Assembly (NCBI GenBank): GCA_003427395.1
Contig: BFEA01000011.1
Location: forward strand, 6,907,096 to 6,971,095
DNA: 64,000 bases
From: Chara braunii
Taxonomy: Eukaryota; Plantae; Charophyceae
Direction of reading: 5' to 3'
Position 1 is the first letter of the stretch, and each line of letters starts with the position of its first letter. The position numbers were made by a program, and so were the translations under genes. Shown one piece after another: positions 62,028 through 64,000 of this stretch. Below the pieces are notes generated by a model. That model was not told where the DNA came from. It saw only the letters and a program-made list of their open reading frames with translations, and did not search any database.

Positions 62028-63896
62028 CCACACACGACCCCTCTGTGTGTGTGAAATATATGGCTTGTACTCAAACGTGTGCGGCGAGACTTGGACCGAC
62101 AGGAAATGCAGTTCAGAGAGTAGTATGGTGAGGAAGCCCGAGAGTGAGAGAGGGACAAAATGAATGCACGGTCCGTCGATCCAGCAATCCGTTGCTTGAT
62201 GCACATAACCTTATTTCGTGTTCAGTTACTTGAGGGTGGCTTTCATATATACTTATCTCATTGATAGGCTTCTTTCCCAAAAAGTGATCAACTGGATTGA
62301 TTGATCAACGTCGATCGCAAAGACAGCAAGAAACACCCCCACGAGTGTCAGACCAGACGCAGCGATTGACCAACAAAGAACCCCGCCTTTTTCACAGTGA
62401 GATCGCGAGCCTGTACATGCGGGACCCGTTGGAGACAACAACAAAAATTATGTGCAGATCTCGTCGGGGCAGTCGCAGCAGTGGGCACAGCTGTTAGAAT
62501 ATGCATAGTTGGTCTCCTTTTTTCCCCTTCTTTTCGTTCGTTCGTTCGGTCCCCACATTCATACTTCCGTTCATTGACGAGTGCAGTTGAAATACTGCAT
62601 GTTGGATTTTCTGCAGTACTCGAGGGAGACCTTGCCATCGAAACGGTCCAGGGACGGCCGGTCACAGGCCGCTCGCTCTTTTGCTCTCGCCCAGGGAGCG
62701 GGGGTTCGCCCTGAGTGAACGTAGAGCCCGGCAGGAAGTTGTCATACTCACAACATTTGGACTATCCTGGAGGGATTTGGATCTAAGTACGACCAAATTC
62801 AGTCGAGGAACTGCGAGGCCAACACCCGTACGAAAACTGGCATCGATAGACTACTAAATACGGTAGTACATACGAATGCAGCGCAGTGCGCCGTGGATGT
62901 GAACAGTCCAGTCGAGTCCGCGCCTCCATCCACGTGGATCGATTTTCAGAAACCTAAAAGACACCCGTCCGCGATTACAACAAAATCGCGCCCGAAAAAC
63001 AGAACACGCCCGCAGGCCAAGAAGTCGCGCCTTTCCCAAAAAAAACGAAAGAAAACAACAAAAAAAAAGAAATCGCGCCTGAAGAACAGAAAACCTGCCA
63101 CACTCCACGCCTGACATTTTGAATTCCAAATTGTGAACTGGGGCCGGTTCGCAGCCCACTCGCAGTCGCAGCAATGGCTGCGTTTACACGACTCACGCTG
63201 AGGGCGCGGCGGCGCAGCCCGTAAGTGTGTAGAGGATGTTAGGCACAAAAGGCGGGGGCTCTGTACGAGACCAGGGGCTCAGTTGCAGTTTAGACAATGG
63301 CCCAGTGGTAGCTGAGGGGAGGCCCGAGGAGCAGCTTCGCGGAGGCCCAGTAGAAGCTGAGGGGAAGTTGAGCACGGTGGGCTCTGTGAGCTTCGGGGGG
63401 CCCTGCACTCCGCAAGCCCCACTTCCTAAGACTCATGATGTAACGATACTCCTTCACTGTTGCATCACTGCTGCATCAGAGTCTGCATGGACATCGCCGT
63501 GGTTGATCCACTTCCTAAGACTTCACATCATGGAGAGTGGTCCCAATCTCCCATGCTTCTTTCTTTCTCAAGTCAGACAGTAGTTCAATACACCAGCTCC
63601 TCTTCGCTGTCATGAACCCCCCTCAATAGACGTCATGGGCACACCACGCCCTCACCCCACAGACTCCGACATGGTGTGGTAGCACAACCACACGTTCGTC
63701 ACTTCTTTGTAGATAATTGCCCTCATCTGAATCACGGCAAATGCCAAACACAAATGAGAAGAGCATAAAAATGTTCCACTATAACCAGTACAAGTTGTCA
63801 TTGTAGCTTTCTGTTCCCACAAGTATTGTCTACCCCGTGGGTGCGGGGAACGCAGCCCTAAGGTAGCCAAAGCAATGAGACCAAGAGCGTGCACAG

Positions 63897-63958
<62 letters not shown>

Positions 63959-64000
63959 TTCGTTCCATTTATTAGTATGAGTGTGAGAGAGAGACAGAGA

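Overview
Eukaryotic, transposon-dense scaffold window with five N gaps. The style of the Ty3/Gypsy and L1 elements, the plant-type sugar transporter and the Nextera mate-pair remnants are consistent with a large-genome streptophyte such as a Chara-like alga; this is inference and was not verified. Only one host gene is supported: the 1.77-kb terminal exon of a PLT/PMT-type MFS polyol/sugar transporter (minus, 18202-19973), whose first coding exon I could not find in the 44 kb upstream. The rest is nested mobile DNA: a full-length chromodomain Gypsy element (20282-29441, GTCAG TSD) inside that gene's intron, a solo LTR of the same family (50730-51893, CTATG TSD), three or four decayed Gypsy/LTR elements, two L1-like LINE copies, a non-autonomous hAT-like element with an 8-bp TSD, small poly(A) retroposons and a decayed 28S rRNA fragment. 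The best observations are a complete -1 ribosomal frameshift cassette (G GGA AAC plus an 8-bp stem and possible pseudoknot) joining gag to pol, a non-canonical TGGTATCGGAG primer-binding site shared by three LTR elements, and arrays of TGACGTGGC (Hex/ABRE) motifs in several elements. Two Tn5 mosaic-end palindromes near 43 kb are library adapter artefacts. I found no wholly new protein-coding system.
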